Under the pieces are notes generated by a model. The model had not been told where the DNA came from. It saw nothing but the letters and a program-made list of their open reading frames with translations, and made no database searches. This document shows, in pieces, positions 23,814-24,000 of a DNA stretch of 24,000 bases; the stretch's first letter is position 1; every line of letters starts with the position of its first letter. A program made the translations under genes and the position numbers. Source of the stretch: Betaproteobacteria bacterium (GTDB lineage Bacteria; Pseudomonadota; Gammaproteobacteria; Burkholderiales; Casimicrobiaceae); NCBI GenBank assembly GCA_031430575.1, contig JANPBT010000055.1:30820-54819 (forward strand). The letters run 5' to 3'.

Positions 23814-24000
23814 TTGAGTCCTCGTTCGCCGACAAATTTGCTCAAAATTACGATTGCAGGCTTCAGCCTCGCGGTGCTCAATGCTTTCGCAGCCACACAA
23901 ACAACGGTTGACCCCACAACCGTGCTCTCGCTTGGCAATGGCGAGCTCGATTTGTGTTGCGGCGATTTACTCATCGCAGGCCGATTAGAAATCGGCAACG
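23814..24000 (+). CDS. Possible 5' end of an exported protein, truncated by the window end
   Basis: This frame is open from the stop at 23805..23807 to the window end. In-frame TTG codons at 23814 and 23838 would give (M)LKITIAGFSLAVLNAFAATQTT, which is signal-peptide-like. There is no clear RBS. The competing antisense ORF 23804..23998 looks less protein-like. Confidence 0.3.
   Translation, partial: MSPRSPTNLLKITIAGFSLAVLNAFAATQTTVDPTTVLSLGNGELDLCCGDLLIAGRLEIGN

Overview
Chromosomal segment from a Gram-negative proteobacterium. This is inferred from the AcnD/PrpF-type methylcitrate genes, an OmpA-like peptidoglycan-binding domain and a Neisseria-like type II-C CRISPR repeat.

Left half (41..9812): a + strand propionate/methylcitrate operon: citE-like lyase, prpB, prpC, acnD, prpF. 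It is unusually interleaved with small tightly coupled accessory genes: a DUF4160/DUF2442 pair, two VOC/glyoxalase genes, a GNAT and an exported protein.

Middle (9874..15789): a small accessory islet with an exported protein, a GFA-family gene carrying an in-frame amber codon, vapBC and a DUF3617-like exported protein. It is followed by an aconitase A ORF that continues in frame into an Ala/Pro linker, one TM helix and an OmpA-like domain (1269 aa).

Right half (15899..22143): a complete type II-C CRISPR-Cas9 locus. It has a divergent tracrRNA candidate, cas9, cas1, cas2 and 24 repeats of 36 nt with 23 spacers, read on the minus strand. A GT2-methyltransferase fusion gene follows.

The most unusual signal is not a gene. 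An oriented 16-mer, ATCTGCGCCGCAGGTA, occurs 18 times in 24 kb. Copies lie inside CDSs in all three frames and form inverted pairs at gene ends. This is the genomic signature of a DNA uptake sequence, but the sequence matches no uptake sequence I know. One CRISPR spacer carries 11 nt of it.
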